A DNA stretch of 64,000 nucleotides from Alphaproteobacteria bacterium. Lineage in GTDB: Bacteria > Pseudomonadota > Alphaproteobacteria > RF32 > CAG-239. Position numbers and translations under genes: made by a program. Positions 26,028 through 37,396 of this stretch are shown here, one piece after another. Each line of letters begins with the position of its first letter. The stretch's first letter is position 1. The notes under the pieces are model-generated. The model saw only the letters and a program-made list of their open reading frames with translations, was not told the DNA's origin and ran no database searches. The DNA lies in the NCBI GenBank assembly GCA_048463395.1, contig DBFWPL010000023.1:20583-84582 (forward strand), written 5' to 3'.

Positions 26028-28151
26028 CTATTTATTTTCCAGATCTTCTCCGGTTTCCTGATTAACTCTCTTGGCAGAAAGTTTAATCTTGCCGCGATTA
26101 TCCTGACCGATACATTTAACCCACATTGTATCGCCTTCTTTATAAAAATCGGAAACAGAGGCAATACGTTCATTCTTCACTTCGGAAATATGAACCAATC
26201 CCTCAGTCGTTCCCAAGAAACGGACAAATGCACCAAAATCCATAATTTTCGTAATCACACCTTTATAGATTTTGCCTTCTTCCGGTTCGGCCACAATACC
26301 CATAATCCATTCCAAAGCGGCATCTCCGTCTTCTTTTTTGATAGAGGCGATTTTAATAATACCGTCATCGGAAATATCAATTTTGGTCTTGGTTGTTTCG
26401 GTAATTTCACGAATAACTTTACCACCGGAACCGATAACTTCACGAATTTTATCTGTAGGAATTTTCAAAGTAACGATTCGCGGAGCCTTATCTGAAACAT
26501 GAGCTCTTGGTTCGGCAATGGCTTTGGCCATTTCGCCCAAGATATGAATACGACCTTCATGAGCCTGAGCCAAAGCGGTTTTCATAATCTCTTTTGTGAT
26601 AGAAGTGATTTTAATATCCATCTGCAAAGCTGTAACACCGTCTTTTGTTCCGGCAACCTTAAAGTCCATATCGCCAAGGTGGTCTTCATCTCCCAAAATG
26701 TCCGTCAAAACGGCAACCCGTCCGTCATCTTCTTTAATCAACCCCATGGCAATACCTGCAACAGGTTTAACCATCGGCACACCGGCAGCCATCAAAGATA
26801 AAGTTGTACCGCAAACCGTGGCCATAGAAGAAGAACCGTTAGATTCCATAATCTCGGAAACGACACGAATAGTATAAGGGAACTTGTCTTTATCTTTCGG
26901 CATCATCGGATGAATAGCTCTCCAAGCTAATTTTCCGTGACCGATTTCACGACGTCCCGGACTTCCGATACGTCCGCATTCCCCGACAGAGAACGGAGGG
27001 AAGTTATAATTCAGCATAAAGTCCTCTTTATACTCGTCCATAAGCCCATCAACAATCTGAGCATCCTCACCGGTACCCAAAGTCGTTACCACCATAGCCT
27101 GTGTTTCGCCGCGGGTAAACAAAGCAGAACCATGCACACAAGGCAAAATGTCAACTTCACATTGAATAGGACGAACCGTTTTGGTATCACGGCCGTCAAT
27201 ACGATGACCTGTTGTCAGAACTTTTTCACGAACAACTTTGTGCATCAGCTTTTCAATAACATCGCCGATATAACGTGTTTCCAACTCATTTTCCGGATCA
27301 ATGGAGGCCTTGACTTCTTCGGAAGCCTGACCGACCAAAGTACCGCGTTTCAGCTTGTCGGTTTCTTTGAAAGCTTCTTCATATTTACCGATAAAGGCTT
27401 TTTCAATACGATTATATAACTCATCAAATTCCTTCGGAAACTCAGGAGCGTCCCATTTTTCCTTACCGGCTTCGGCAGCCAGCTCTTCAATCATTTTGAT
27501 AACCGGCTGAAAATTGTCAAAACCAAACATAACAGCGTTTAACATGGTTTCTTCAGACAATTCCTGAGCCTCGGATTCAACCATCAAAACACCTTCTTTG
27601 GTACCGGCAACCGCCAATTCCAACTGAGTATCCTTCATCTGATCCAAAGTCGGATTCAAAATAAATTCTCCGTCCTTATAACCGACTTTTGCGGCACCGA
27701 TAGGACCGAGGAACGGAATACCGGAAACAGCCAAAGCGGCAGAAGCGGCAATCATGGAAACAATATCAGAATCCGTCTTCTGGTCATGAGACAAAACCGT
27801 ACAAATAATTTGAACTTCATTTTTGAAAGCATCCGGAAACAATGGTCTGATAGGACGGTCAATCAAACGGGAGATTAAGACTTCGCGTTCGGAAGGCTTA
27901 CCCTCTCTTTTCATAAAACCGCCCGGAACCTTACCGGTTGCATAATATTTTTCTTGGTAATTAACTGTCAAAGGAAAGAAATCTTGATCTGCCTTTACCT
28001 CTTTTGCTGCACAAACCGTTGCAATTACCTCTGTTTCGCCATATTTAGCAATAACTGCACCCGTTGCCTGTCTTGCTATCTTACCTGTTTCTAAAACTAA
28101 CTTGCGTCCTCCCCAATCCATCTCTTTACGGGACACTTTAAAATCGATCAT
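26028..28151 (-). CDS. pnp: polyribonucleotide nucleotidyltransferase (PNPase)
   Basis: Two RNase PH domains plus KH and S1 domains. I prefer [18 protein letters not shown] at ATG 28151, which has an AGGAAA SD. The 38 extra codons in the ORF track look like leader sequence. Confidence 0.95.
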   Translation of the reverse strand: MIDFKVSRKEMDWGGRKLVLETGKIARQATGAVIAKYGETEVIATVCAAKEVKADQDFFPLTVNYQEKYYATGKVPGGFMKREGKPSEREVLISRLIDRPIRPLFPDAFKNEVQIICTVLSHDQKTDSDIVSMIAASAALAVSGIPFLGPIGAAKVGYKDGEFILNPTLDQMKDTQLELAVAGTKEGVLMVESEAQELSEETMLNAVMFGFDNFQPVIKMIEELAAEAGKEKWDAPEFPKEFDELYNRIEKAFIGKYEEAFKETDKLKRGTLVGQASEEVKASIDPENELETRYIGDVIEKLMHKVVREKVLTTGHRIDGRDTKTVRPIQCEVDILPCVHGSALFTRGETQAMVVTTLGTGEDAQIVDGLMDEYKEDFMLNYNFPPFSVGECGRIGSPGRREIGHGKLAWRAIHPMMPKDKDKFPYTIRVVSEIMESNGSSSMATVCGTTLSLMAAGVPMVKPVAGIAMGLIKEDDGRVAVLTDILGDEDHLGDMDFKVAGTKDGVTALQMDIKITSITKEIMKTALAQAHEGRIHILGEMAKAIAEPRAHVSDKAPRIVTLKIPTDKIREVIGSGGKVIREITETTKTKIDISDDGIIKIASIKKEDGDAALEWIMGIVAEPEEGKIYKGVITKIMDFGAFVRFLGTTEGLVHISEVKNERIASVSDFYKEGDTMWVKCIGQDNRGKIKLSAKRVNQETGEDLENK

Positions 28152-28367
28152 ATTTTTTCCTTTCCTATTTCCTACAATCAACACCCAAGCCCCATTGCTC
28201 GGGATTTCCTCACCCGAATATAATACTCGGGATTTAAAAGTTGAGGTGAAGCCCCATTGCTCCACCTCAATTTAACACGCTGCAACCTCAGACAGCCATA
28301 ACGACATTATGCAAAACAACCTGCACAAAAAAATCTGTTATTTTCTTGTCTGAATATTGCATAAATA

Positions 28368-28637
28368 TTATTTTCTCAGTTCCAATTTCTTGATGATATC
28401 CTGATAGCGAGCTTCACTCTTAGATTTCAAGTGATCCAACAAGTGGCGGCGTTTAGAAACCATTTTCATCAAACCGAGACGAGAGTGCAAATCTTTCTTA
28501 TGAACATTAAAATGTTCGATGAGAGAATTAATTCTTGCTGTCCAGATAGCAATTTGAACTTCCGGAGAACCTGTATCACCCTCTTTTAAACCATACAATT
28601 TAACTAATTCTTGTTTTTTTTCATTTGTAATCGACAT
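28368..28637 (-). CDS. rpsO: 30S ribosomal protein S15
   Basis: 89 aa. [16 protein letters not shown]...HKKD.HSRLGL. Confidence 0.95.
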   Translation of the reverse strand: MSITNEKKQELVKLYGLKEGDTGSPEVQIAIWTARINSLIEHFNVHKKDLHSRLGLMKMVSKRRHLLDHLKSKSEARYQDIIKKLELRK

Positions 28638-28654
28638 CTATATTTTCCTTATAT

Positions 28655-29566
28655 TTAAAGATTAAACACGCGAACCGGAGCAATTTTCCGCTCTTCGATT
28701 CGCACAATTGCCGTCAAACTCCCGTTACACATTGCAACCGCTTGTTTACCAACCAATCTTTCCACATCATACGCTTTGGGAGAAACAGATTGCCCAAGCC
28801 TAAGCTTGCCGGCATCAACTTCCGAAACAGCAATAACCGCGATGCCGCGCAGAGATGTTTCTATCGGAAGAAGAAACTTTTTTGCTTCGTCAACATACAC
28901 TATCTTTTTCAAAGTTTCCACTAAAATCTTATCTTCAAGACCGAAATTACCGCATTTTGTTCGTCTCAATTCTTGCAAATAACCTTTTGTTCCTAAAAAT
29001 TCCGCCAAATTCCGCCCCAAAGTACGCACATACGTTCCCTTTGAGCAAACCACTTTAAATTTTGCCTGCTGATTCGGAAGCTCCGCCAACAATTCCAGCT
29101 CATAAATCTCCACATTACGAGACGGCATATCAACATCTTTGCCTTCCCTTGCCAATTTATAAGCCCTTTGCCCGTTAATCTTAATTGCCGAGTATACCGG
29201 AGGAACCTGTTCTATCGGCCCTATAAAATGCGGAAGAGCTTTTAAAATCTCCTCTTTTTCCGGAATTTTATCCGAACGGGCGACAATTTCTCCTTCGCTG
29301 TCATCCGTATTGGTGGAGGCTCCCCATTGAATGACAAACTCATATTCCTTATCCCCGTCCGTAACAAAAGGAATAAGCTTGGTCGCCTCTCCGAAAGCAA
29401 TCGGCAACACACCGGTAGCAAAAGGATCCAACGTCCCCGTATGCCCGTTTTTCTTTGCATTAAAAATTCTTCTGGTTAATGTAACAACATCCGTCGAACC
29501 CATATCTCTGGGCTTGTCCACAATCAGCCAGCCGTTAACCTCTTCCCCTTTTTTATGTCTGCTCAT
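28655..29566 (-). CDS. truB: tRNA pseudouridine(55) synthase
   Basis: GWLIVDKP.GMGS....KKNGHTGTLDPFATGVLPI. 303 aa. Confidence 0.93.
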   Translation of the reverse strand: MSRHKKGEEVNGWLIVDKPRDMGSTDVVTLTRRIFNAKKNGHTGTLDPFATGVLPIAFGEATKLIPFVTDGDKEYEFVIQWGASTNTDDSEGEIVARSDKIPEKEEILKALPHFIGPIEQVPPVYSAIKINGQRAYKLAREGKDVDMPSRNVEIYELELLAELPNQQAKFKVVCSKGTYVRTLGRNLAEFLGTKGYLQELRRTKCGNFGLEDKILVETLKKIVYVDEAKKFLLPIETSLRGIAVIAVSEVDAGKLRLGQSVSPKAYDVERLVGKQAVAMCNGSLTAIVRIEERKIAPVRVFNL

Positions 29567-29631
29567 CCGCCAATCTCATCTTGATTAATTGTCTGTCCTT
29601 TGTATGCGAAAAAACAAACCTTGTCAAAAAC

Positions 29632-29664
29632 AAAAAGAGTGCCCTTTTCAAGGCACTCTTTTTC
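29632..29664 (-). terminator. intrinsic terminator after the 345-aa hypothetical ORF
   Basis: aaaaa-agagtgcc-cttttcaa-ggcactct-ttttt. An 8-bp stem. A perfect TTGACA (revcomp of 29622-29627) follows immediately and could be a truB promoter -35 element. Confidence 0.75.
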
Positions 29665-29682
29665 AAAGAATCAAAGAACAAA

Positions 29683-30720
29683 TTACCAAGGGAAAAACCA
29701 CCCTTTCAGAATAGCAAACCATCCTTGCTTTTGGGCAGGAACATCGCTTTTGCTATTCTCGGCAGACGAAACTTTCTGCAACTTGTTTTCTTCGGAAGAC
29801 AAACCAATCACAGAAACCGTTTCTTTTTTCGGCTCCTCCTTCTCCTGTTCTTCATCTGCAATTTCCTCCCAAGTTGGAGACAAAAGATTACAATCATCCT
29901 CTTCAGCATACCACTCGCGATTCCCCATCTGGATGAAGTCATCATTATATTCGACATCCTCTTTGCTGCCTTCTCCCCACAAAACCGGCTGATACGCTTC
30001 AAAGCCATACAACTTGTAAAGCTGTTCTTTTTCGTCAAAGAATAAAACCGCATTGTCAAAATTCGCTTCGTCTTTACCGTCATAAAGCTTGACGAACTTA
30101 GTCGTCCCCTCATAGTTGCGGTAGTGTTGAACCACATCATTACCAAAAATTACGCGGAACCACTCACCGGAAACAGCCTCAAGAGACAAGGATCTGTTCG
30201 ACTCAAAACAAACATCACCTGCCCCGGAGAATATCTCATAGAGAGATTTTCCGTCCTCTGTTGTTTCCAGACATTCAAAGACAGCCGGTTCATCAGCATC
30301 TCTGGAGGAAAATGCAACAGATTTATACGTTTTGAAGACCGGTTTTTGCTCTGAAAAATACAAAGCTTTCACAAAACCTCCGTCCTTTTGCAAAAAGACT
30401 TTGTTCTGAAACCAGCTTCCCAAAGCAACAATATCCTTTCCATTAATCAGAAAATAATTCACTCCGACCGAAAAAATGACAAAGTTATCCTCAACCACAG
30501 CATCATTATACTCAACCTTGTGGAGAATCTCCGACATATCTTCATTGAAAACAAAGATAAGTCCGCAATTATCACCTTTCCTAAGAGCAAAAACTCCGGG
30601 AGCCAAGTTACTAAAACGACAACCTTCTTCAACAATCCGGCGAACCAAAAGCTCGGAATCTTCCTCAAGCAAAAAACTCTTCTTGCCTAAAGCCATAAAT
30701 CTGTACGTTTTCATACGCAA
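29683..30720 (-). CDS. hypothetical protein (beta-rich body, acidic linker, aromatic C-terminal tail)
   Basis: 345 aa. No recognisable motif. The acidic stretch EEIADEEQEKEEPKKE is followed by ...KQGWFAILKGWFFPW at the C-terminus. Confidence 0.55.
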   Translation of the reverse strand: MRMKTYRFMALGKKSFLLEEDSELLVRRIVEEGCRFSNLAPGVFALRKGDNCGLIFVFNEDMSEILHKVEYNDAVVEDNFVIFSVGVNYFLINGKDIVALGSWFQNKVFLQKDGGFVKALYFSEQKPVFKTYKSVAFSSRDADEPAVFECLETTEDGKSLYEIFSGAGDVCFESNRSLSLEAVSGEWFRVIFGNDVVQHYRNYEGTTKFVKLYDGKDEANFDNAVLFFDEKEQLYKLYGFEAYQPVLWGEGSKEDVEYNDDFIQMGNREWYAEEDDCNLLSPTWEEIADEEQEKEEPKKETVSVIGLSSEENKLQKVSSAENSKSDVPAQKQGWFAILKGWFFPW

Positions 30721-30757
30721 TAATAATTAAAAAGATTAAACACTTGCTATAGATTAC

Positions 30758-31477
30758 TCAATTAAACATCTTGTTTTTTAAAATCAGAAACAACTCAACC
30801 AACGTCCGACGATACGGTCTGCCTTTCCGGCTGAGCCGCCGCAAATGGCTGTCTGCTTTTCTGAGTTTTTTCACATAACCAGCATAATAGGGAGGTGCAG
30901 GAATAAACGCCCATTCAACACCTGCTGCATCGCGAAGAATATAAACAGGATTAATACTTCCGCAATATTTCGAAGCAAAATATTTGCAATCAGAATCACT
31001 CCCGTCAGACCTCTTTGCCCAAAGCCGATAAGTTCCGGAACGCTCCACTTCCACCACAAGGAATTCTTTTTCTTCACTGTAAAAATAAGATGAGCCGAAA
31101 AGGCTCTTAATCTTACCATCACAATCAAAAAAAGAAATTTTATAGCCTTTGTCCCGTTTAAAAACAAAAAAGTCGTCAACGGCCTTTCCTAATTTAAAAA
31201 CTTCAATATCGTTTTCTTTGATACAGGACCAAACCGTCGTTTCAGGTTTCTGACATTCAAAAAACAAATAACCTTTTCGATAATGGAAATTCACCACATC
31301 GACAGCGATTAAAATCATATACGACTTCTTTTTCCTTTTATAGATATCCGTCAGTCCGTTCCTCTTTAAAGCAAAAATAAATCTGCCTTCTTTGGCAACG
31401 GATATGATTTCACCCGCATTAACAAACTCTTTAACTGTTCTTTTTTCCATAAATATAGTTTTAATAGTTAATATCAT
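30758..31477 (-). CDS. hypothetical protein (beta-rich, basic C-terminus)
   Basis: 239 aa, or 230 aa from ATG 31450. No recognisable motif. C-terminal KKLRKADSHLRRLSRKGRPYRR. Confidence 0.5.
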   Translation of the reverse strand: MILTIKTIFMEKRTVKEFVNAGEIISVAKEGRFIFALKRNGLTDIYKRKKKSYMILIAVDVVNFHYRKGYLFFECQKPETTVWSCIKENDIEVFKLGKAVDDFFVFKRDKGYKISFFDCDGKIKSLFGSSYFYSEEKEFLVVEVERSGTYRLWAKRSDGSDSDCKYFASKYCGSINPVYILRDAAGVEWAFIPAPPYYAGYVKKLRKADSHLRRLSRKGRPYRRTLVELFLILKNKMFN

Positions 31478-31605
31478 AATATCTAATCTCTGCCGAAGAG
31501 ATTAAATCAAATTTTGACAAAAATCAAGAGCTCTTGCTTAAACAAATTACACCTTAGACAAAACATTTCTTTAATAAACAACCACTTGCTCATTTACAAA
31601 GAGAC

Positions 31606-31635
31606 ATAAAAAAAGGACCATTAAGGTCCTTTTTT
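31606..31635 (-). terminator. intrinsic terminator immediately after rbfA
   Basis: Minus strand reads TAA-aaaaaa-ggacc-ttaat-ggtcc-ttttttt. A short GC stem extended by A-U pairs. Confidence 0.6.
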
Positions 31636-32016
31636 TTAATTTTTTTTCAAATCCTGAGTCACTCTTGGATCTCTGAACAGCCTTTCCATCTTGTCAACTT
31701 GAGCAAAACTCTCATCTATCCGGAAATTAATTTCAGGGACATACCGCAATTCGGTTTTAGCCCCGACAACTTTCCGAAAATGGTTGGCTGCCAACTGCAA
31801 AGCTTCACGCACTTCTTCATTCTTATCATTCTGAGAAGTAATAAAATAAACATTACAGTATTTCAAATCAGGAGAAACTCTGGCTTCCATAATCGTAACC
31901 AAAACATTGATTCCTTCCAGATTCCGAACTTCTCCCCGTTCAATTTGTCCGGCAATAATTTTTTTTATCTCCTGCCCGACCCGTAATTGTCTTTGCGACG
32001 GCTCTTTTTCTGCCAT
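31636..32016 (-). CDS. rbfA: ribosome-binding factor A
   Basis: 126 aa. RQLRVGQEIKKIIAGQI and VTIMEARVSPDLKYCNVYF. Confidence 0.9.
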   Translation of the reverse strand: MAEKEPSQRQLRVGQEIKKIIAGQIERGEVRNLEGINVLVTIMEARVSPDLKYCNVYFITSQNDKNEEVREALQLAANHFRKVVGAKTELRYVPEINFRIDESFAQVDKMERLFRDPRVTQDLKKN

Positions 32017-32047
32017 ATTCTTATTCCTTCAATAAATTGACACCCAA

Positions 32048-34519
32048 TTACAACGTTGCGGCAATTTCTTCCACTTCATAACATTCAATAAAGTCTCCGA
32101 CCTGAATGTCATTGTAATTTTCAAAGCTCATACCGCACTCATAACCGGACTTGACTTCTTTCACATCTTCTTTGAAGCGTTTAAGCTGGCCGAGACTTCC
32201 GTCATGAATAACCACATTATCACGCAACAGACGAACTTTAGCTCCGCGTTTGACCAGTCCTTCCGTAACCATACAACCGGCAACTTTACCCACGCCGGTA
32301 ATATTGAAGACATTACGGATTTCGGCATAACCGAGGATTTTTTCTCTCAATTCAGGAGAAAGCATTCCCTCCAAAGCCTTCTTAATATCATCGGCAACGT
32401 CATAAATAATCGAATAATAACGAATATCAACACCATCCTGACGAGCCATATCACGAGCATGAGGAATGGCACGAACATTAAAGCCGATAATAAACGCATT
32501 AGAAGCTTTAGCAAGCGTAACATCAGAATCTGAAATCGGACCGACGGCAGAATGCAGAACCTGAACACTTACTTCGTCATTGGAAAGCTTGTTAATCGTG
32601 CCTTCAATAGCTTCAATGGAACCTTGAACATCCGCTTTGATAATAACCGGAAGATGTTTGATTTCACCGGATTTAATCTTATCAAGCATTTGTTCCATAG
32701 CGGATTTCGCACTTTTAACCAGTTTGGCCTCACGTTCCTTACGAATACGATATCCGGTAACTTCTTTGGCCTGATTTTCATCAGCGGCAACAATAAAATC
32801 ATCACCGGCAGACGGAGTTCCCTGCAAACCGAGAACCTCAACCGGAGTTGCCGGACCTGCTTCAAAAACTTTCTGTCCGCGTTCGTTAAACATAGCTCTG
32901 ACACGTCCCCACTCTTTACCGGCAATACAAATATCACCGATACGCAGCGTTCCCTTCTGAACCAGAACCGTTGCAACGGAACCACGGCCTTTTTCCATTT
33001 TAGCCTCGACAACAGTACCCTCGGCACCGCGAGACGGATTAGCTTTCAAATCCAAAATCTCAGCCTGCAGCAAAATAGCTTCCACCAATTTATCAATATT
33101 GATACGTTTTTTAGCCGAAACTTCCGCACACAAACACTCACCGCCCATTTCCTCAACAGCAATACCGTGTTGAAGGAGAGCTGTCTTAACTTTCATCGGA
33201 TCGGCTCCCGGTAAATCGATTTTATTAATAGCAACCACAATCGGAACTTCCGCAGCCTGAGCATGCCGAATAGCTTCAACCGTCTGCGGCATGATACCGT
33301 CATTGGCGGCAACGACCAAAACCACAATATCCGTTACCTTTGCACCGCGGGCACGCATTTCGGAGAATGCTTCGTGCCCCGGTGTATCGATAAACGTGAT
33401 TTTATCTCCGGTTGAAACTTCAATCTGATAAGCACCGATGTGTTGAGTAATACCACCGGCCTCACGGTCAGCCACGTTTGTTTCTCTCAAAGCATCCAAC
33501 AGGGACGTTTTACCATGGTCAACGTGTCCCATAACCGTAACCACCGGAGCTCTCGGCAACAACTGGTCAGGGGTATCCTCCGGACCGCCGAGACCAAGCT
33601 CGACATCGCTTTCAGCCACACGTTTTACTTTGTGTCCGAGTTCTTCCACCACAATTTGAGCGGTATCTGCGTCAATGGATTGGTTAATCGTGGCCATAAC
33701 GCCCAAAGCCATCAGTTTCTTAATAACATCGGCACTTTTCTCAGCCATACGGTTAGCCAGTTCTTGAACTGTAATGATTTCAGGAATAATAACTTCTTTA
33801 AAGATTTTTTCCTGAGGCTGAACAGATTGGACAGGCTTCGGCTGTTTCTTCTTGAAACGGCGGCGACCGCCAAATCCGTAATCATCATCGTCATCATCTC
33901 CGCCAAAATTATGAACATTAACCTTGCTGCTGCGTCTCTGCGGTTCAAAACTGCGTTTCATAACTTTCTTGCGTTCTTGTTCAAATGTATCTTCACGACT
34001 CAACGATTTCGAAGCATCTTTCTTAAATTTCCGATTATGAAAATCCTCATCATCGTCTTCATCATCTTCAAAATCTTTTGATTTTTTATCTTTAAGCTTC
34101 ACAAAATGCTTTTCTTCCGCTTCTTTGGCTGCAACTTCCTGAGCTGATTTTACGGCAGCTTCTTTCTCAGCCTTTTCTTTAGCAGCGGCTTCTTCTACTT
34201 TGGCCTGCTCACGGGCTTTTTCTTCCTCTTCCCGCTGAATTCGGCGAAGACGCTCTTTTTCTTCTTCTTCAAGCTTGCGTTTAGCCTCATGTTCTTTGGC
34301 TTCGGCAATCAAACGCAGTTTAGCCGCCGTTGCCTCATCAATTTCCACCTTGGTTTCAACAGGGGCACTGGTATTAATCACTCTCTTTTTGCGGACTTCA
34401 ACCTGCACAACTTTCTTACCGTCGTTATTGCGTGATTTGGCCGTATCGCCCAACCCTTTAAGCGTAAGTGTTGATTTTCCCGATAATGTTAGTTTGTTAT
34501 TTGCATTATCACCTGTCAT
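32048..34519 (-). CDS. infB: translation initiation factor IF-2
   Basis: 823 aa. Charged N-terminus, G domain [24 protein letters not shown] and NKID. Confidence 0.97.
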   Translation of the reverse strand: MTGDNANNKLTLSGKSTLTLKGLGDTAKSRNNDGKKVVQVEVRKKRVINTSAPVETKVEIDEATAAKLRLIAEAKEHEAKRKLEEEEKERLRRIQREEEEKAREQAKVEEAAAKEKAEKEAAVKSAQEVAAKEAEEKHFVKLKDKKSKDFEDDEDDDEDFHNRKFKKDASKSLSREDTFEQERKKVMKRSFEPQRRSSKVNVHNFGGDDDDDDYGFGGRRRFKKKQPKPVQSVQPQEKIFKEVIIPEIITVQELANRMAEKSADVIKKLMALGVMATINQSIDADTAQIVVEELGHKVKRVAESDVELGLGGPEDTPDQLLPRAPVVTVMGHVDHGKTSLLDALRETNVADREAGGITQHIGAYQIEVSTGDKITFIDTPGHEAFSEMRARGAKVTDIVVLVVAANDGIMPQTVEAIRHAQAAEVPIVVAINKIDLPGADPMKVKTALLQHGIAVEEMGGECLCAEVSAKKRINIDKLVEAILLQAEILDLKANPSRGAEGTVVEAKMEKGRGSVATVLVQKGTLRIGDICIAGKEWGRVRAMFNERGQKVFEAGPATPVEVLGLQGTPSAGDDFIVAADENQAKEVTGYRIRKEREAKLVKSAKSAMEQMLDKIKSGEIKHLPVIIKADVQGSIEAIEGTINKLSNDEVSVQVLHSAVGPISDSDVTLAKASNAFIIGFNVRAIPHARDMARQDGVDIRYYSIIYDVADDIKKALEGMLSPELREKILGYAEIRNVFNITGVGKVAGCMVTEGLVKRGAKVRLLRDNVVIHDGSLGQLKRFKEDVKEVKSGYECGMSFENYNDIQVGDFIECYEVEEIAATL

Positions 34520-34553
34520 TATTGTTTTATCTCCGTATCTTTACAAAAAAACT

Positions 34554-35123
34554 CTATGAATTCAAAAAGACTTGCAATTTCTTAAACTCATCATAAACTG
34601 TTTTGGACATTTCGCTTTTCAGAAAAGCAACATGAACCGTATTAACTCTATTTAATGCCTTATCCAACTCCTCAACATCATACAGAACAAAGACTTCCAA
34701 ATCCTTCGCCAAAGAAACCATTTTTTCATGACCGTCGTTTCCGGCGTCTTTAGCTTCTAAAATAAAAGCCGCTTTATTTTTTATAAGAGCTTCTTTAACT
34801 TTTTCAAAACCGGTAACTAAAACGCCCGCTTTTTTTGCCAAACAGATAAAGTCTAACCCTTTTTTCCTTAAAATTTTCTCAACCAAATCAACTAATTGAT
34901 TGTCAGCATGCACTTTCTTCCGGATTGCTTTTGAAAATAACCCTTTTTCAATAGCCGTCTGCAAATCTTTTTTCGAATTAGAAACAAAAATTCCCCGCCC
35001 CGGAAGCTTTTTCTTAAAATCCGGAACCACCGTATTGTCCGGAGCAATTGTAAAACGTAAAAGCTCTTCTTTGCTTTTTACTTCTCCGCAGACAATACAT
35101 TTTCGCTCTTCTTCGTTCTTCAT
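34554..35123 (-). CDS. YlxR (DUF448) RNA-binding protein fused to an L7Ae-like domain
   Basis: RKCIVCGEVKSKEELLRFT followed by PGRGIFV. The C-terminal half resembles L7Ae/L30e. Sits in the canonical nusA-infB position. Confidence 0.8.
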   Translation of the reverse strand: MKNEEERKCIVCGEVKSKEELLRFTIAPDNTVVPDFKKKLPGRGIFVSNSKKDLQTAIEKGLFSKAIRKKVHADNQLVDLVEKILRKKGLDFICLAKKAGVLVTGFEKVKEALIKNKAAFILEAKDAGNDGHEKMVSLAKDLEVFVLYDVEELDKALNRVNTVHVAFLKSEMSKTVYDEFKKLQVFLNS

Positions 35124-35212
35124 TTTTTATCGCCTCATTCTTCCGAAATAATTTCCGGAAAAGGAACAGAGAGGCTTTGAACAACAAAACCGCTCTGTCC
35201 TCCCCGTCAAAA

Positions 35213-36730
35213 TTATTCTTCGGCAAACCAATGTTCACGGGCAGCCATGATAATTCTGTTGGCCTCAACTTCGGAAAGCGAGTTTTCGCCCAAGAGTTCA
35301 ATCAACTCATCACTGGCCAAATCAGCCAAATCATCAATTGTTTTAACCCCTTTTTCAGCCAAAGTCAAAATCATATCCTGATCCAAACCGGAAACTTCTT
35401 TAAGTTTGTCATCAATACCCAGTGTTTTGCTCTTGGAAGCAAATTCTTTGTTTCTCTTTTCAATAAATTCTTTGGCACGATTTTGCAACTCGGAAGCGAC
35501 ATCCTCGTCAAAACCTTCGATTTCAGCCAATTCTGACAACGGAACCAAAGCCACTTCGTCAACAGTAGAGAAACCTTCGGCAATCAACAGATGAGCAATC
35601 ATTTCATCTACATCCAAAGCTTCCATAAATCTCTGAGAACGAACTTTATTTTCGTTAGAACGACGTTCCTGCTCCTGCTCTTCGGTCAAAACATCAATAT
35701 CACAACCCAAAAGCTGAGAAGCCAGTTTTACGTTCTGACCGCGGCGGCCGATGGCAATAGAGAATTGTTCTTTCGGAACCACAACCTCAATACGGCCGTT
35801 TTCTTCATCCAAAACCACTTTGGTAACCTCTGCCGGAGCCAAAGCACTGACAATATACTGGGCTTTGTCTTCGGAATAAGGGACAATATCAATCTTTTCG
35901 CCTTGCAATTCCGTAACAACCGCCTGAACACGAATACCGCGTAACCCAACACAGGCTCCGACCGCATCAACCGTCATATCATCTGCTTTAACGGCAATTT
36001 TGGCTTTAGATCCCGGATCACGGGCAACACCCATGATTTTAACCAAACCGTCATAGATTTCCGGAACTTCCTGAGTAAACAACTTAGCCATAAATTCCGG
36101 ACAGGTACGAGACAAGAAAATTTGCGGTCCCTTGTTTTCACGACGAACTTCCAAAACATACGCACGGATACGATCTCCGTTTTTGAATTTTTCTCTCGGA
36201 ATAATTTCATCGCGACGCAAAATAGCTTCTGTCTTGCCAATATCCAAAACCACATTGCCGAACTCGATTCTTTTAATCGTTCCGTTAACAATTGTGCCGA
36301 CTTTTTCCTTGTATTCTTCATACTGCTTATTGCGTTCGGCATCACGAACCTTTTGAACAATCACTTGCTTTGCTGTCTGAGCGGCAATACGGCCAAAATC
36401 AATCGGAGGCAGTTCATCAATAATAAACTCGCCGACTTTGGCATTGCTGTCATAAAGTTTGGCATCTTCCAAAGAAAGCTGAGTAACTTCATTTTCGATA
36501 ACGGCATCATCGGCAACGACTTCACGATATCGGGCTAACGTAATGGCTCCCGTTTTACGATCAATATTGGCTCTGATATCATGTTCAAAACCATATTTGG
36601 AACGTCCTGCCTTCTGAATGGCGATTTCCATCGCCTGAAAAACATCTTCTTTATCAATATTTTTCTCTCTGGCGACAGTATCAGCAACGAGAATAATTTC
36701 AGGTCTTGGCATACTTTCAATATTTTGCAT
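35213..36730 (-). CDS. nusA: transcription termination/antitermination factor NusA
   Basis: 505 aa. S1 and tandem KH domains (GACVGLRGIRVQAV; IGRRGQNVKLASQL) plus a C-terminal HhH region. Confidence 0.96.
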   Translation of the reverse strand: MQNIESMPRPEIILVADTVAREKNIDKEDVFQAMEIAIQKAGRSKYGFEHDIRANIDRKTGAITLARYREVVADDAVIENEVTQLSLEDAKLYDSNAKVGEFIIDELPPIDFGRIAAQTAKQVIVQKVRDAERNKQYEEYKEKVGTIVNGTIKRIEFGNVVLDIGKTEAILRRDEIIPREKFKNGDRIRAYVLEVRRENKGPQIFLSRTCPEFMAKLFTQEVPEIYDGLVKIMGVARDPGSKAKIAVKADDMTVDAVGACVGLRGIRVQAVVTELQGEKIDIVPYSEDKAQYIVSALAPAEVTKVVLDEENGRIEVVVPKEQFSIAIGRRGQNVKLASQLLGCDIDVLTEEQEQERRSNENKVRSQRFMEALDVDEMIAHLLIAEGFSTVDEVALVPLSELAEIEGFDEDVASELQNRAKEFIEKRNKEFASKSKTLGIDDKLKEVSGLDQDMILTLAEKGVKTIDDLADLASDELIELLGENSLSEVEANRIIMAAREHWFAEE

Positions 36731-36750
36731 TGTAATCCTCTTAGGTTAAG

Positions 36751-37272
36751 TTACTCTTGAATACCGGCAAGAATTTCTTCCGGCAGATCTTGTTCATAAG
36801 CTTTCAGCATTTCATCGGTAATGATTAACTTTGCTTTAGCAACGTTTTCGTACGGAATAACATATTCCGTACCATCCATATCAAAATGGATATTATTTTT
36901 GTCATCAACGCTCAAAATTTTACCTTTGAAACGTTTGCGTTTTTCGACTTCCACCGAAGTCTCCAGCTTTGCTTCAGAACCGGCAAAGCGTTGAAAATGT
37001 TCTAATGTTACCAACGGACGGTCAAGCCCCGGAGAACTTACTTCCAAAGAATAACGGTCTTTAATCGGATCTTTTTCATCCAAAACTTCTGAAATCGCCC
37101 GACTGGCTCTGGCACAATCTTCAACCACAATGTCTTTGCGGTCCTTCCGTTCAATCATAATCTGCAAAGTCGGATTCGCCTGACCGATAGTCAGAATTCT
37201 GACCACGTCAAATCCAAGCCCGTCAATAACCGGCTCCAATAAGTCCTGTAAAGGGTGTTTATTCTGCATCAA
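36751..37272 (-). CDS. rimP: ribosome maturation factor RimP
   Basis: 173 aa. LEVSSPGLDRPL motif. Sits upstream of nusA. Confidence 0.9.
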   Translation of the reverse strand: MMQNKHPLQDLLEPVIDGLGFDVVRILTIGQANPTLQIMIERKDRKDIVVEDCARASRAISEVLDEKDPIKDRYSLEVSSPGLDRPLVTLEHFQRFAGSEAKLETSVEVEKRKRFKGKILSVDDKNNIHFDMDGTEYVIPYENVAKAKLIITDEMLKAYEQDLPEEILAGIQE

Positions 37273-37396
37273 TAACTTCCTTGTAACAAAAAAGCGGGGT
37301 TTTTGGCCCCACTCTCAAAATCATTTATGAAAGAATACAACTGATATAACACACAAACTTTTTAAAATCCAGTACTTTTTTAAGAAAACACCACTT

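Noticed and set aside
28152-28265. 38-codon N-terminal extension of pnp in the ORF track. Similar extensions occur for addA (63403-63516), hslV (55127-55210), hslU, rpsF, pth, the radical SAM enzyme, the FkbM-like protein and the 336-aa membrane ORF.
   Set aside because: Internal ATGs give family-typical N-termini and have good SD sequences. Several of the extensions run through terminators or upstream stop regions.
32552-34081. Long plus-strand ORFs (220 aa and 213 aa) inside infB. Similar antisense ORFs lie inside pnp, nusA, ampG, asmA, lptF/G, cysK and addA.
   Set aside because: They are shadow ORFs antisense to strongly conserved genes. Their translations are low-complexity (N/F/I/R-rich) with no SD or motifs.
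37290-37312. A weak hairpin (ggggc...cccc followed by a T-run on the minus strand) between the lptF/G-family gene and rimP, considered as a terminator.
   Set aside because: The stem is only 4-5 bp with a 7-nt loop. It is too weak to call confidently.
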